Shown here: in pieces, positions 47,959 to 57,389 of the stretch
How the letters are laid out: each line of letters opens with the position of its first letter
Position numbering within the stretch: position 1 is the first letter of the stretch
DNA from: Myxococcota bacterium
GTDB lineage: Bacteria > Myxococcota_A > UBA796 > CAJQPC01
Length of the DNA stretch: 64,000 nucleotides
Direction of reading: 5' to 3'
Assembly (NCBI GenBank): GCA_036012755.1
Contig: DASCPX010000127.1
Coordinates: forward strand, 1-64,000
Made by a program: the position numbers and the translations under genes
The notes under the pieces: model-generated
What the model was told of the DNA's origin: nothing
The model's database searches: none
What the model saw: the letters and a program-made list of their open reading frames with translations, nothing else

Positions 47959-48974
47959 GGGCACTTCACATCGTGCACGGCAGTCCCCACGACGGCGATG
48001 TCGGAGGGACCGAGCTCTACGTCGACGCCCTTGCACGGGCGACCGGAGACTCGGTGCTCGTTCCCGGCGAGGACCTCGTGGAGCGTGACGTCGGCTACCC
48101 GTTGTGGCGCGGAGGGGTCCCGGCGGTGGTCGAGGCCAGCGGCGCCGACCTCCTCCACGTCCATCACCTCGCGAAGAGGGGCATCCGGCTCCCGCGAGTC
48201 CCAACCGTCGTGACGCTGCACGACTACAACCTCGCGTGCCTCCGTGGTCAGCTGGTCGACCTCGCGGGGCAGCTCTGCGAGGGACCCCGGGTGATCAAGT
48301 GCAGCCGCTGCGTGGGCTGGTTCCCCACCCACATCGCCCTGCGGGAGCTCCTGGTGAAGCGCCTCCTGGCACGATCTCGGCTGATCTCTCCGAGCGCCGA
48401 TCTCGCTCGCCGCATGGAGCGTCTCGGGTGGGCGGAGACCGTCCACGTCCTCGACCTCCCCCTGGTCGACCCGGTGCGGCCCGCCCCCGAGCCCGGCGAG
48501 GGTCCCGTCCGCTTCCTCTTCGTCGGGAGCCTGATCGCGACGAAGGGCATCGGCATACTGCTGGCCGCCTTCGAGGGCCTCGACGCCGTCCTCGATGTCT
48601 GGGGTCCCACTCCGGACGCAGGCTTCGCGGAGCGTCTCGACCTCCGCCACCACCGCGGCGTGTTCTCGGCGGCCAGACGGGAGGAGGTGCTGCACGCGGC
48701 GGACGTGCTCGTGGTGCCATCGACCTGGCACGAGAACAGCCCCCTGGTGGTGCGCGAAGCGGTCGCCGCGGGCCTGCGCGTCGTCGCGTCGGACGTCGGG
48801 GGCATCGCCGAGATCGATCCGGACGCGCGGCTCGTGCAACCGGGTGACGTCGCAGCCCTACGCGGTGCCCTGCTGGCCGAGATCGCCACCGGGCGGGGGC
48901 GGAGGCCGCCCCGTGAATACCCGATGGAACCCCACCTCGAGGCCCTGCGCCTACACTACGAAGCATGCTGTTGA
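47955..48974 (+). CDS. Glycosyltransferase family 4
   Basis: GGTELY, TLHDYNLAC.RGQL, FVGSL..KG, WHENSPLVVREA; GTG 47955. Confidence 0.92.
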   Translation: MRALHIVHGSPHDGDVGGTELYVDALARATGDSVLVPGEDLVERDVGYPLWRGGVPAVVEASGADLLHVHHLAKRGIRLPRVPTVVTLHDYNLACLRGQLVDLAGQLCEGPRVIKCSRCVGWFPTHIALRELLVKRLLARSRLISPSADLARRMERLGWAETVHVLDLPLVDPVRPAPEPGEGPVRFLFVGSLIATKGIGILLAAFEGLDAVLDVWGPTPDAGFAERLDLRHHRGVFSAARREEVLHAADVLVVPSTWHENSPLVVREAVAAGLRVVASDVGGIAEIDPDARLVQPGDVAALRGALLAEIATGRGRRPPREYPMEPHLEALRLHYEACC

Positions 48975-49867
48975 TGACGGGCCTCTCGGCCCTCGCCTTC
49001 GCCGGGGCCGCCGACTGCCGCGCCTGCTGCAACGAAGCCGGTGTCTCACCTTGCGAGCCTGCAATCCGGCTCGTCGGCGAGGGTTCACTCGTGATCGGCA
49101 CCGCAGGCAGCTGGAGCGTGAACGGCCTCTGGGTCGTCGAGTGTGATGGCACGGCCAGCTGGGACGACTCAGCCTCTCTGGCCTTCGACCACGCCCCCAA
49201 CGTCGGCGAGGTCGCGACCGATGGAGCGTCGGCGGCATTCCTCAAGTGCTTCGTGGAGAACTGCCACTTTCCCGAGGGTTTCTGCCCCCGTGCAGAAGGC
49301 GCCTACCCGGCGCTGAAGACCTGCAACGACGGATGGGCGTTGTCCGACGCCGACCTCGAAGCGCCGGCCGAGCCCCAGCTCGACCCGCCCCCGTCGCCGA
49401 CTCGGGTGGTGATGGGAGCCCAGACGCTGCCCCGCTCCGCGCCCCGCCTCGAGCTGACACCGCCTCCAGGACCGATTCCCCCCTGCCGGACCTCCGAGCA
49501 GCTCGTCGCCGAGTCCCAGCTCCAGGTCGACACCGGCAACGACGAGGAGATCGCCGGCAACGACGCCGCGGCTGCCGGCGCGTACAAGGCGGCGCTGTCC
49601 CTGGATGCATGCAACACGGCTGCCTGGGTGGCGCTGGGGAACATGACGCTCCGCCACGATGAGCCTGGCTCGGCAGCGCACGCCTTCGACGCGGCGTTGT
49701 TGCTGAACCCAAACCACTACGGCGCCGCCGCAGGTCTGGGCACCGCCCGCGAGGTCCTCGGCGACGACTCGGGCGCTGCGGAGGCCTACCAGCAGGCTCT
49801 CGACGCCCGACCCGGGCTCCCTGAAGCCATCGATGGGCTGCAGCGCCTCGGCGTCGCCCCTCGTTGA
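48965..49867 (+). CDS. Exported protein with Cys-rich N-terminal domain and C-terminal TPRs
   Basis: CRACC..C..C..C..C..C..C cluster, Pro-rich linker, AWVALG/AAAGLG TPRs. Confidence 0.7.
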   Translation: MLLMTGLSALAFAGAADCRACCNEAGVSPCEPAIRLVGEGSLVIGTAGSWSVNGLWVVECDGTASWDDSASLAFDHAPNVGEVATDGASAAFLKCFVENCHFPEGFCPRAEGAYPALKTCNDGWALSDADLEAPAEPQLDPPPSPTRVVMGAQTLPRSAPRLELTPPPGPIPPCRTSEQLVAESQLQVDTGNDEEIAGNDAAAAGAYKAALSLDACNTAAWVALGNMTLRHDEPGSAAHAFDAALLLNPNHYGAAAGLGTAREVLGDDSGAAEAYQQALDARPGLPEAIDGLQRLGVAPR

Positions 49868-49893
49868 CGTGCCAAGAGGGCCACAAGTAGCAT
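49864..49893 (+). promoter_or_regulatory. Sigma-70-like promoter
   Basis: TTGACG-N18-TAGCAT upstream of gene at 49920. Confidence 0.5.
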
Positions 49894-49919
49894 CGGCAAC
49901 CGCGTCTCGAGGACCGTGA

Positions 49920-51191
49920 GTGAGCAAGAAACGTCCCAGCCCTGGCATGGTCATTCCGGCAGGCGCCGCCTTGGAGATCGTCGATGGCGGCGTCGTGATC
50001 ACCTACGCTGGCGACATCACGCTCGAGGGCCTGGACGGAGGCCCCTTCCGGCGCCTGGTCAGCACGGCCGGGACCATCACGCTCAGGGGTGAGCACATCT
50101 TCGGAGAGGTCATCGCCGAGCACGGCTCGATCGTCGTGGAGGGCACTCTCCAGGCGAAGCAGCTCCTCGCCGAGCGTGGAGACATCACCGTGACCGGCGA
50201 CCTGCTCGCCGACGAGGTCGCCGCACCGGGCGGCTCGGTCTCGGTCAAGGGCGAGATCGAGGTCCGCCGCATCGAGGCCAGGGACGAACTCGTCGTCGAG
50301 GGGCGCGTCAAGGCCGTCTCCCTGTGCGGCGGCACTGTCCGGCTCGCCGCCGATCCCTGCGAGGTCAAGGGCGTGGAGGGCACCTCCTGCGTCCACCTCG
50401 GCGCCGCGTCCTACGCGATCGAGGTCGTCATCTCCCCGACTGTGAGCAGCGACGGGGCAGCCACCGGGCGCATCAACGTGCTCGAGTGCGACAACCAGCC
50501 GAGCCAGAACAACCTCAAGGGCAAGTTCCGCCTCGCGGAGTACGCCCAGTTCACGGGAGTCGACCCGGCAGGCTTCCTCGCCGAGCGTGGGGTACGGGCG
50601 CTGGAGGCGCTCGACGCCAGCGTCGACGACGTGGAGCTCGGCGAACCGGTGGAGGAGGTCCCGAGCGAGGGGACCGGGATCATCCCCGACGTCGTCCAGG
50701 AGCCTCAGGAGGGGCCGTCCACGCCCCGACGGGTGGTCTCCACCGACAGGAGCACCCGCGTCGTCGCCGCCCCAGCCGCAGAGAACACGGCCGACCTCCC
50801 GGACCTCGAGGGCGATGAGCTGACGGACGAGCTGATCGAAGAGCTCCAGCCAGAAGCCATCGAGCAGATCGTGGACGAGGACTCCCTCATCGAGATCATG
50901 GACGGTGAGGACAGCGAGGTGCAGGTTCCGCCCCTGGTGCTGACACCTGCAGCTCACGACCAGCTGGTCGCGTCAGTGGACGAGATGGCCCGGACCTACC
51001 CCGACCGGATCCCGCAGCAGCTCTCCTGCCTCCGCACGCTGGTGGACGGCAAGCAATACCGGGTCCTGCAGATCGAGCTCGCCGAGCTCTTCAACGCGCT
51101 GGTGATGAAGCACATGAAGGCCAGGACCAGCCCCCACCACCAGGTCTACTCGAGCTTCAAGACCATCCGCGCCATCGTGGGTGACCACTGA
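49920..51191 (+). CDS. Beta-helical (bactofilin/polymer-forming-like) protein with acidic linker and helical C-terminal domain
   Basis: Repeats GSIVVEGTLQA, GDITVTGDLLA, GSVSVKGEIEV, DELVVEGRVKA. Confidence 0.6.
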   Translation: MSKKRPSPGMVIPAGAALEIVDGGVVITYAGDITLEGLDGGPFRRLVSTAGTITLRGEHIFGEVIAEHGSIVVEGTLQAKQLLAERGDITVTGDLLADEVAAPGGSVSVKGEIEVRRIEARDELVVEGRVKAVSLCGGTVRLAADPCEVKGVEGTSCVHLGAASYAIEVVISPTVSSDGAATGRINVLECDNQPSQNNLKGKFRLAEYAQFTGVDPAGFLAERGVRALEALDASVDDVELGEPVEEVPSEGTGIIPDVVQEPQEGPSTPRRVVSTDRSTRVVAAPAAENTADLPDLEGDELTDELIEELQPEAIEQIVDEDSLIEIMDGEDSEVQVPPLVLTPAAHDQLVASVDEMARTYPDRIPQQLSCLRTLVDGKQYRVLQIELAELFNALVMKHMKARTSPHHQVYSSFKTIRAIVGDH

Positions 51192-52402
51192 TGCTCCTCG
51201 TGCTCCTGGCCGGAGCACGGCCCCCCGAAGCGCGCATCCTCGAGTACCGACGGCTCGCCGACGAAGGGGGGGTCGAGGCCGCCGAGACCCTCAGCGGGGC
51301 CCTGGTCTCAGAGGACGACCCGGCCGCCCGAATCGCGGCGCGGGATGCGCTCTCCCGTGTGGACCTCACCCAGGACGAGCTCCTCGGCGTGCTCGAAGAC
51401 TCTGCGACGTCGGAGGCTCGGGCCTGGGCAGCCCACAGCCTCGGGCACTATGGCGGACTGACAGCCGCCGAGGGCCTGCTCGCGGCGGTCGACGACCCTG
51501 ACGACCGGGTCCGGGCCGAGGTCTACGAGGCCCTCGGTCGGAACAAGGACCCGCGGGCCGTGGCGGTGCTCCAGCGGGCAGCGGTGCAGGACCCCAGCTC
51601 CGACAACCGAGAGACGGCGATAGTCGCGGCGAAGCGCTCCCTCCAGGACGAGAGCGTGGACGTGCCGATCGAGCTGGCGCGCCTGGCGGGTTCCGACCCC
51701 GGCGCGCGCATCCAGGCAGCCCAGGCCCTCGGCGGGAGCGAGGACTGGCGAGCCGTGACCCCGCTGGTAGCGGCCGCGGAGTCCGGGGACGTCGAGCTGC
51801 GAAAGGCCTCCTTGCTCGCGCTCGGACACCTCGGCGACCAGCGCGCCGTGGACCCTGTTCGCGAGATCGCCGCCTCCTCGACCGGTCATGTGCGCTACGC
51901 CGCAGTCGCGGCGCTCGCCTACCTCGCCGACGAGTCGGCCATCCCCACCCTGGTGGAGCTCTGCGGCGACTCGGACCCTTCGACCAGGCAGCTGGCGGTC
52001 CGCGCGCTGGCCTGGACGGACGCACCCGGGACCGCGGCGATCATCCAACCGCTGTTGTCGGACCCCAGCGAGAACGTCCGAGCGGAGGTCGTGCTGGGCC
52101 TCGGGGAGATCGCGGACCCCGAGCGCACGGCTGGCCTGGCCGAGGCGCTGGGGGACCCCTCCCCATTCGTGAGGGCGGAGGCCGCTCGACTACTCGGGAT
52201 CTCCGGCGACACGGCGGGAGGCACGGCGCTGGTCGCGTTGCTGTCCGACCGCGACGCCCTCGTCCGCATCTCCACAGCGGGGGCAGTCGCTGACCTGGGG
52301 CTGACCGACGCGATCTCGCCGCTGGAGAAGCTGGTCTCCAAGACGAAGGACGAGGACGAGCGCGGCTACTACGAAGCGGCCTTGAAGAAGCTCGGGGGCT
52401 AA
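51191..52402 (+). CDS. HEAT/PBS-lyase repeat protein
   Basis: Repeated D.D..VR..A..ALG units. Confidence 0.88.
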   Translation: MLLVLLAGARPPEARILEYRRLADEGGVEAAETLSGALVSEDDPAARIAARDALSRVDLTQDELLGVLEDSATSEARAWAAHSLGHYGGLTAAEGLLAAVDDPDDRVRAEVYEALGRNKDPRAVAVLQRAAVQDPSSDNRETAIVAAKRSLQDESVDVPIELARLAGSDPGARIQAAQALGGSEDWRAVTPLVAAAESGDVELRKASLLALGHLGDQRAVDPVREIAASSTGHVRYAAVAALAYLADESAIPTLVELCGDSDPSTRQLAVRALAWTDAPGTAAIIQPLLSDPSENVRAEVVLGLGEIADPERTAGLAEALGDPSPFVRAEAARLLGISGDTAGGTALVALLSDRDALVRISTAGAVADLGLTDAISPLEKLVSKTKDEDERGYYEAALKKLGG

Positions 52403-52447
52403 CCCGCATCGTTCATGAGACGCCGTGAGTCGGCTCTCGGGAGCGGA

Positions 52448-52637
52448 ATCGAGATCGAGAGTCGATGCTCGTGCTCGGTCCTCGGTGCTCGTGCTCGGTC
52501 CTCGATGGCTCGATGGCTCGATGGCTCGATGATCGATGCTCGATGCTCGATGCTCGATGCTCGATGCTCGATGGCTCGATGGCTCGATGTCTCGATGATC
52601 GATGGCTCGACGGCTCGACGGCTCGACGGCTCGACGG
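52448..52637. repeat. Intergenic tandem array of 7-8 bp units with TCGA core
   Basis: 18 units of CTCGATG(G)/ATCGATG/CTCGACGG at 52501-52637, preceded by duplicated TGCTCGTGCTCGGTCCTCG. Confidence 0.95.
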
Positions 52638-52646
52638 AGGTACCAG

Positions 52647-53012
52647 CTAGACCAGCTGCGGCCCTGCCTCGAACTCCCCGATCATCTCTCTCACGCAGCG
52701 GGCGTCTCCCGGAGACAGGGCATCGAACTGCACGCCCATGCCGGGTGACATCGGGCCGGCCGTCTCGGAAGGTATGCTCCAGCGGACCTCGGCATAGGTC
52801 TCGATCGGGCGCTTCCGGCCCGGGACCTGGAAGCGGAGCCTGAAGCGGGTGCCGATGTCCAAGGGCTTGTCCGTCTGGATGAACATCCCGCCGACGGAGA
52901 TGTTCGCCGTGTAGTCGTGGAGGAAGTCCTCGAGGAGCTCGTACTCGATGAGCACGCGTATCGGCAGACGGCGCAGCGTGCGGCGCTCCATCATCTTCAG
53001 GGCAGCACCCAT
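52647..53012 (-). CDS. PilZ domain protein (myxobacterial TIGR02266 type)
   Basis: ERRTLRR (RxxxR), NISVGGMFIQT, PGMGVQF; AGGAGG RBS. Confidence 0.92.
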   Translation of the reverse strand: MGAALKMMERRTLRRLPIRVLIEYELLEDFLHDYTANISVGGMFIQTDKPLDIGTRFRLRFQVPGRKRPIETYAEVRWSIPSETAGPMSPGMGVQFDALSPGDARCVREMIGEFEAGPQLV

Positions 53013-53100
53013 CGTGACCTCCTGGATGCCTGTCCCTTCGGCACATCGAGCGGTGCCTTGAAGCCCGAGTCAAGGCGGCGTCAGGCGCTGTCCGGGTACG

Positions 53101-53129
53101 TTGCGCAGCCAACGCCGCACCCCTATGCT
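53101..53129 (+). promoter_or_regulatory. Sigma-70-like promoter of the cglB-like operon
   Basis: TTGCGC-N17-TATGCT, then GGAGGAG RBS before ATG 53157. Confidence 0.5.
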
Positions 53130-53156
53130 GTCCGCTGCTTCGGAGGAGCCCACGCC

Positions 53157-54437
53157 ATGGGTGCATTTGCACTTCTCGCCCTGGCTGGTTGCAACCAGTA
53201 CGAGATGTTCCGGCTGGCCGGCTACGAGCAGGCGAGCTTCTCCAACGACGCCGACATCATCTTCGTGATCGACAACTCTTCGTCGATGACGGACGAGGTC
53301 GAGGATCTCGCCCTGAACTTCGCGGTCTTCATCGATCTGCTGACCTCGACCGAGGGCGGCAAGCTGCCGGAGGGCAGCGTCTCGGACGCGGTGGACGCCT
53401 ACATCCTCTACACCCGCGAGCGTGGCCGTTTCCTGGACTACAACCTGGGCATCACGACGACCTCGGTCGAGGACCCGGGCACCGACCCTCCAGGGCTCTA
53501 TGGCGAGCTCGTCGGTGACAACCAGGTCGTCGACGACAGCTTCGAGGACATCTCGGGCGAGTTCTCGAAGAACCTGTTGTGCGAGGCCACCTGCTGGCAG
53601 TCCTCGACGGTGCCGAGCGACCCGACCTACGAGTGCGGCGACGAGCCGGATCAGATCACGCTCCAGTACCTCGACTGTGTCTGCGGGCTGGAGGCCTGGG
53701 AGGGCAACTGCGGGAGCGGCGACGAGGAGCCCCTCGAGGGAGCGTTCCTGAGCCTCTGCCGCTCCGTCGAGTACCCCCCGGACGAGTGCTACGACAACAC
53801 GCCGTTCACCAACGGCGACGTCATGACGAACCCGAACATGCTGCGGGACGGGGCGACGATCATCTTCGTCGTGGTCACCGACGAGGGAGACGGCAGCCGC
53901 CGCCTGGGTCAGGGGGAGTACGACGCGACGCCCTACCTGGAGCTCCTCGATCTCTTCGACAAGACCTACCGGTTCGCCGTCATCGGCCCCAACTACGACC
54001 AGGAGGTGGGGACGCTCACCTGCAACTCGGGCGGCGCGACCACCTGGGGCACGGAGCGTCTCCAGCAAGTGGCCGAGGAGACCGGCGGTTTCTACAACAC
54101 CATCTCCCAGGAAGCGGCCGGTGGAGACTGCGAGAACACGGACTTCGCGAAGCACCTCGAAGACCTCGGGGCGCTCCTGAACCAGCTGTTGGTCTCATTC
54201 CCGCTCCAGTCGGTGCCGGACATCGAGACGCTGCTGGTCTACGTCGACGGCGAGGAGATCCGGCTCGCGGACGAGGCCGACTACACAGAAGACGGCGAAG
54301 TCATCTGCGACTGCTGGACCTACGACCCGGCCGAGAACGCCGTGATGTTCCACGGCGCAGCAATCCCCGACTACAACCAGACCGTCGAGATCTACTACAA
54401 GCCCCTCGAGGGCATGCCGCGCACGCTGCCGTTCTGA
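53157..54437 (+). CDS. Cys-rich vWA (MIDAS) lipoprotein, CglB-like gliding adhesin
   Basis: Lipobox LAGC; DIIFVIDNSSSM (DxSxS), LGITTT, GSGDEEPLE, LRDGA..VVVTDEGD; upstream of glt-like genes. Confidence 0.75.
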   Translation: MGAFALLALAGCNQYEMFRLAGYEQASFSNDADIIFVIDNSSSMTDEVEDLALNFAVFIDLLTSTEGGKLPEGSVSDAVDAYILYTRERGRFLDYNLGITTTSVEDPGTDPPGLYGELVGDNQVVDDSFEDISGEFSKNLLCEATCWQSSTVPSDPTYECGDEPDQITLQYLDCVCGLEAWEGNCGSGDEEPLEGAFLSLCRSVEYPPDECYDNTPFTNGDVMTNPNMLRDGATIIFVVVTDEGDGSRRLGQGEYDATPYLELLDLFDKTYRFAVIGPNYDQEVGTLTCNSGGATTWGTERLQQVAEETGGFYNTISQEAAGGDCENTDFAKHLEDLGALLNQLLVSFPLQSVPDIETLLVYVDGEEIRLADEADYTEDGEVICDCWTYDPAENAVMFHGAAIPDYNQTVEIYYKPLEGMPRTLPF

Positions 54438-54445
54438 GGTCCCTG

Positions 54446-55120
54446 ATGAAGCTCGCGTTCGCACTCCTGTTCGGAGTGACCTTCCTCTTCTCCTCCACCG
54501 CCCTCGCCCAGGACACCCTGGACCTGGGGACGCTCAAGAACGAGGAGATCGTCGTCGTCCAGAAGCTCCTGTACCCGAAGACGGACAAGAGCGAGATCGC
54601 CTTCCAGCTGGGCGCAATCGCCTTCGACCCGTACATGCTCGCGCCGAAGGTCCAGCTCTCCTTCGAGAGGCACCGGAGCGAGACGATGTCCTTCGGCGCC
54701 CAGCTCGGGGCCGGCTACGGACTCGGCAAGCGCTCCTACCGCGAGCTCGGCGGCACGGCCTACGGCGTGCGCCCAGAGGCCTACCGCTACGTCGCCAGCC
54801 TGACCGGCGGCGCGAACTGGTCGCCCATCTACGCCAAGCTCAACTGGCAAGGTGTGAAGGTCCACCACTTCGACATCTACTTCCCCTTCGTGGTCGGAGC
54901 GACGCTGGAGCGCCTGGCCTGGGGCGAGGAGTACTTCACGGTCGCACCGGGCGTGGGAGTCGGCGTGGGCTTCCGGGTCTTCCAGGGTGACAACGGCGTC
55001 ATCAAGCTGGAGCTGAGGGACGACCTCATCGTCGAGTCCCGCAAGCAGTCCGGCACCGTCGTGCCCAAGCAGAACATCGGCATCCACCTTGGCTTCGGCC
55101 GGATGACGGGGGGCAAGTGA
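54446..55120 (+). CDS. Outer-membrane beta-barrel, GltA/GltB-like
   Basis: Signal peptide; IVVVQKLLYPK..EI..DPY, WSPIYAKLN, HFDIY, GVGFRVF, KLELRD; ATG 54446. Confidence 0.78.
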   Translation: MKLAFALLFGVTFLFSSTALAQDTLDLGTLKNEEIVVVQKLLYPKTDKSEIAFQLGAIAFDPYMLAPKVQLSFERHRSETMSFGAQLGAGYGLGKRSYRELGGTAYGVRPEAYRYVASLTGGANWSPIYAKLNWQGVKVHHFDIYFPFVVGATLERLAWGEEYFTVAPGVGVGVGFRVFQGDNGVIKLELRDDLIVESRKQSGTVVPKQNIGIHLGFGRMTGGK

Positions 55121-56607
55121 CCCTCCTCCTCCTCCTGAGCCTGGCCTTCGCGGAGGACCCGGTCGAACAACCGGCCTACACCGAAGAAGAACGCGTCGAG
55201 GCCTTCACGCCCTTCACGGAAGCAGTCGTCCAGGGTGACACCAACACGGCCCTGGACGCCCTGGTGGAAATCCTCGACGACGACGAGCAGGTCCACTTCC
55301 ACGGCCTCGCCTATGGCTCGATGGGCGGCCTGCTGGAGTCGAAGGAGCTGCCCTATGCGGCGCTCGCCGCCTGGTCGAAGGGCATCGAGCTGGACCCGGA
55401 CAACAACGGCTCCTCCGTCAAGCCAGCGCTGGCGGTCGCGGAGAAGGTAGGAGACACGGCCTTCCTCGAGAAGGTCTTCGCCACCAACGTCGGCCTCGAC
55501 GTCGACAAGGAGACCCGTGGTCGGCTCGCCTACCTCGCGGCGCGAGGCAGCTACGACCAGGGCAACTACGCCACCACGCTGGGCATCCTGACGCTCGTCG
55601 CCAAGGACGATCCGCACTTCGCAAGGGCCCAGTCCCTGAAGGGCATCGTGCTCGCCCAGCAGGGCAAGTACAACGAGGCCATGGCTGCCTTCCTCACTGC
55701 CCAGGCCCTCGTACAGGAGGATCCGGAGACCCTCGACGTCGTCAACCTGAACCTCGCGCGGACCTACTACGCGGCCGGGAACTACGCGAAGAGCATCGAG
55801 TTCTACGCGAAGGTCAGGCGCGATTCCCACTGGTGGCCAGAGGCGCAGTTCGAGCGGGCCTGGGCACACTTCATGATCGAGGACATCAACGGCGCCCTCG
55901 GCCTGCTGCACAACCACGTCTCGCCCTACTACCAGGACTGGTACTTCCCGGAAGCCCAGCTGCTGCGGACCTACTCGCTCTTCCTGATCTGCAAGTTCCC
56001 CGAAGCGAGCAAGCAGATCGACGCCTTCCAGGACCAGTGGACGCCAGTCCGCGACGAGATGGACGACGTTCTCGGACCGATGTCGAACCAGGACACCTTC
56101 GAGGACGCCCGGGCCTATGTCGAGGGAGACCACCACCAGCTCCCCGAGATGATCTGGCGGGATCTGCCCGAGAACGAGCGCTTCCTCTCCGCGATCCAGG
56201 CCGTCGACGCCGCACAGGTCGAGCTCGACCGGCTGCAAGGCGAGCGGGCGAGCTGGGCCCAGGTGGCCTTCAACCTCGTGCGCGAGCGCCGAAAGGAGAT
56301 CGTTCTGGGCGAGGGCGAGCGTCTCAAGGACCAGGCGCAGCTGAGCGTCGACGAGCTGACCAGCATGCTCAACGACACGGAGATCGCCAAGCTCGACATG
56401 CTGAAGCTCGAGACGCGGCTCTACGAGCAGGCCTCGATGACGGGCAAGCTCGCGGACATCGAGAGGACCGCGATGCGCAGGGAGCGCGTCCGCCGGGGCT
56501 TCGTCGCCTGGCCCTACGAAGGCGAGTACTGGGTGGACGAGGTCGGCTACTACAAGGTCAACGCCCGCCCCGAGTGCCCCGAGGGGTTGATGACCGGCAG
56601 CGACTGA
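55117..56607 (+). CDS. gltC: Periplasmic TPR protein, GltC-like
   Basis: LNLARTYY, WPEAQFERAWAHF..GALGLLH..SPYY..FPEA..IC, C-terminal WPYEGEYWVDEVGYY..C. Confidence 0.8.
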   Translation: MTLLLLLSLAFAEDPVEQPAYTEEERVEAFTPFTEAVVQGDTNTALDALVEILDDDEQVHFHGLAYGSMGGLLESKELPYAALAAWSKGIELDPDNNGSSVKPALAVAEKVGDTAFLEKVFATNVGLDVDKETRGRLAYLAARGSYDQGNYATTLGILTLVAKDDPHFARAQSLKGIVLAQQGKYNEAMAAFLTAQALVQEDPETLDVVNLNLARTYYAAGNYAKSIEFYAKVRRDSHWWPEAQFERAWAHFMIEDINGALGLLHNHVSPYYQDWYFPEAQLLRTYSLFLICKFPEASKQIDAFQDQWTPVRDEMDDVLGPMSNQDTFEDARAYVEGDHHQLPEMIWRDLPENERFLSAIQAVDAAQVELDRLQGERASWAQVAFNLVRERRKEIVLGEGERLKDQAQLSVDELTSMLNDTEIAKLDMLKLETRLYEQASMTGKLADIERTAMRRERVRRGFVAWPYEGEYWVDEVGYYKVNARPECPEGLMTGSD

Positions 56608-56651
56608 GTCCCCGGTTGACTGGTTCACCGATTCACTGATTCACTGCGCGG

Positions 56652-57389
56652 ATGCTCCGAGTCCTCCACAGAAAAGCGGCGCTCACGCGAGCACAGGAGC
56701 GCCTGGAGACCCTGTTCCGCGAAGGGAGCGACGGGCCGAGGCAGCTGGACCTGGGCATCGGGCCGAGACGGGACGTCTGCTACGTCGAGGCCTGGGATCT
56801 GTGGGCCGGCTTCGGCAAGGACACCCGCCACTACCTGAACCTCTTCGGGCTGGGCTACCCCTTCGAGAAGAAGCCCGTCGAGGTGGTCGAGATCAACTCG
56901 CCCTTCTCGAACGTGGACCGCCGCATGGGTGGAGCCTTCGCGCGCAGCGAGGAGGGCGAGCTGTGGCTTGTCCACCGAGGCATCGTGAGCCGCGGCAAGA
57001 CGGCCATGGTGCAGTGGCACCGCGGCCAGCTCATCCCCGTCCACGACGGCAAGAAGGTCAGCAAGGTCATCCCGGTCGCCAGGCTCGACGGCCCCTCGCC
57101 GATCGCCGAGGTGGCGGGCTTCGTACAGGGGGTGGCCGCATTCAAGGCCGGAGAGCAGGCCCCGCGACCGAGGCTGCGCGCCGCGCTGGAGGAGGCCTTT
57201 CGGCGAGGCCGCCCCGGGGTCGCCTTCGAGGTCGTGACCACCGACCTCGCCGCCGCCTTCGGACGCCTCGTTCTCGCAGGAGGAGCCGTGCTCGTCGCAC
57301 CCGAAGACGTCGACATCGAGAGGGTGGTCGAGCTCGGCTACGAGGTCGTCCGCTACCGCTTCGAGGACGGCGAGGCACGGTTCTCCTGA
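56652..57389 (+). CDS. Hypothetical protein
   Basis: Clean ORF filling the gap and abutting the next gene; VVEINSP..RRMGGAFA..LVHRG motif. Confidence 0.7.
   Translation: MLRVLHRKAALTRAQERLETLFREGSDGPRQLDLGIGPRRDVCYVEAWDLWAGFGKDTRHYLNLFGLGYPFEKKPVEVVEINSPFSNVDRRMGGAFARSEEGELWLVHRGIVSRGKTAMVQWHRGQLIPVHDGKKVSKVIPVARLDGPSPIAEVAGFVQGVAAFKAGEQAPRPRLRAALEEAFRRGRPGVAFEVVTTDLAAAFGRLVLAGGAVLVAPEDVDIERVVELGYEVVRYRFEDGEARFS

Noticed and set aside
52448..52637. CRISPR array, or protein-coding ORFs across the repeat (52415-52843, 52465-52650)
   Set aside because: Units are 7-8 bp with no unique spacers and no cas genes; the ORFs are low-complexity translations of the repeat.
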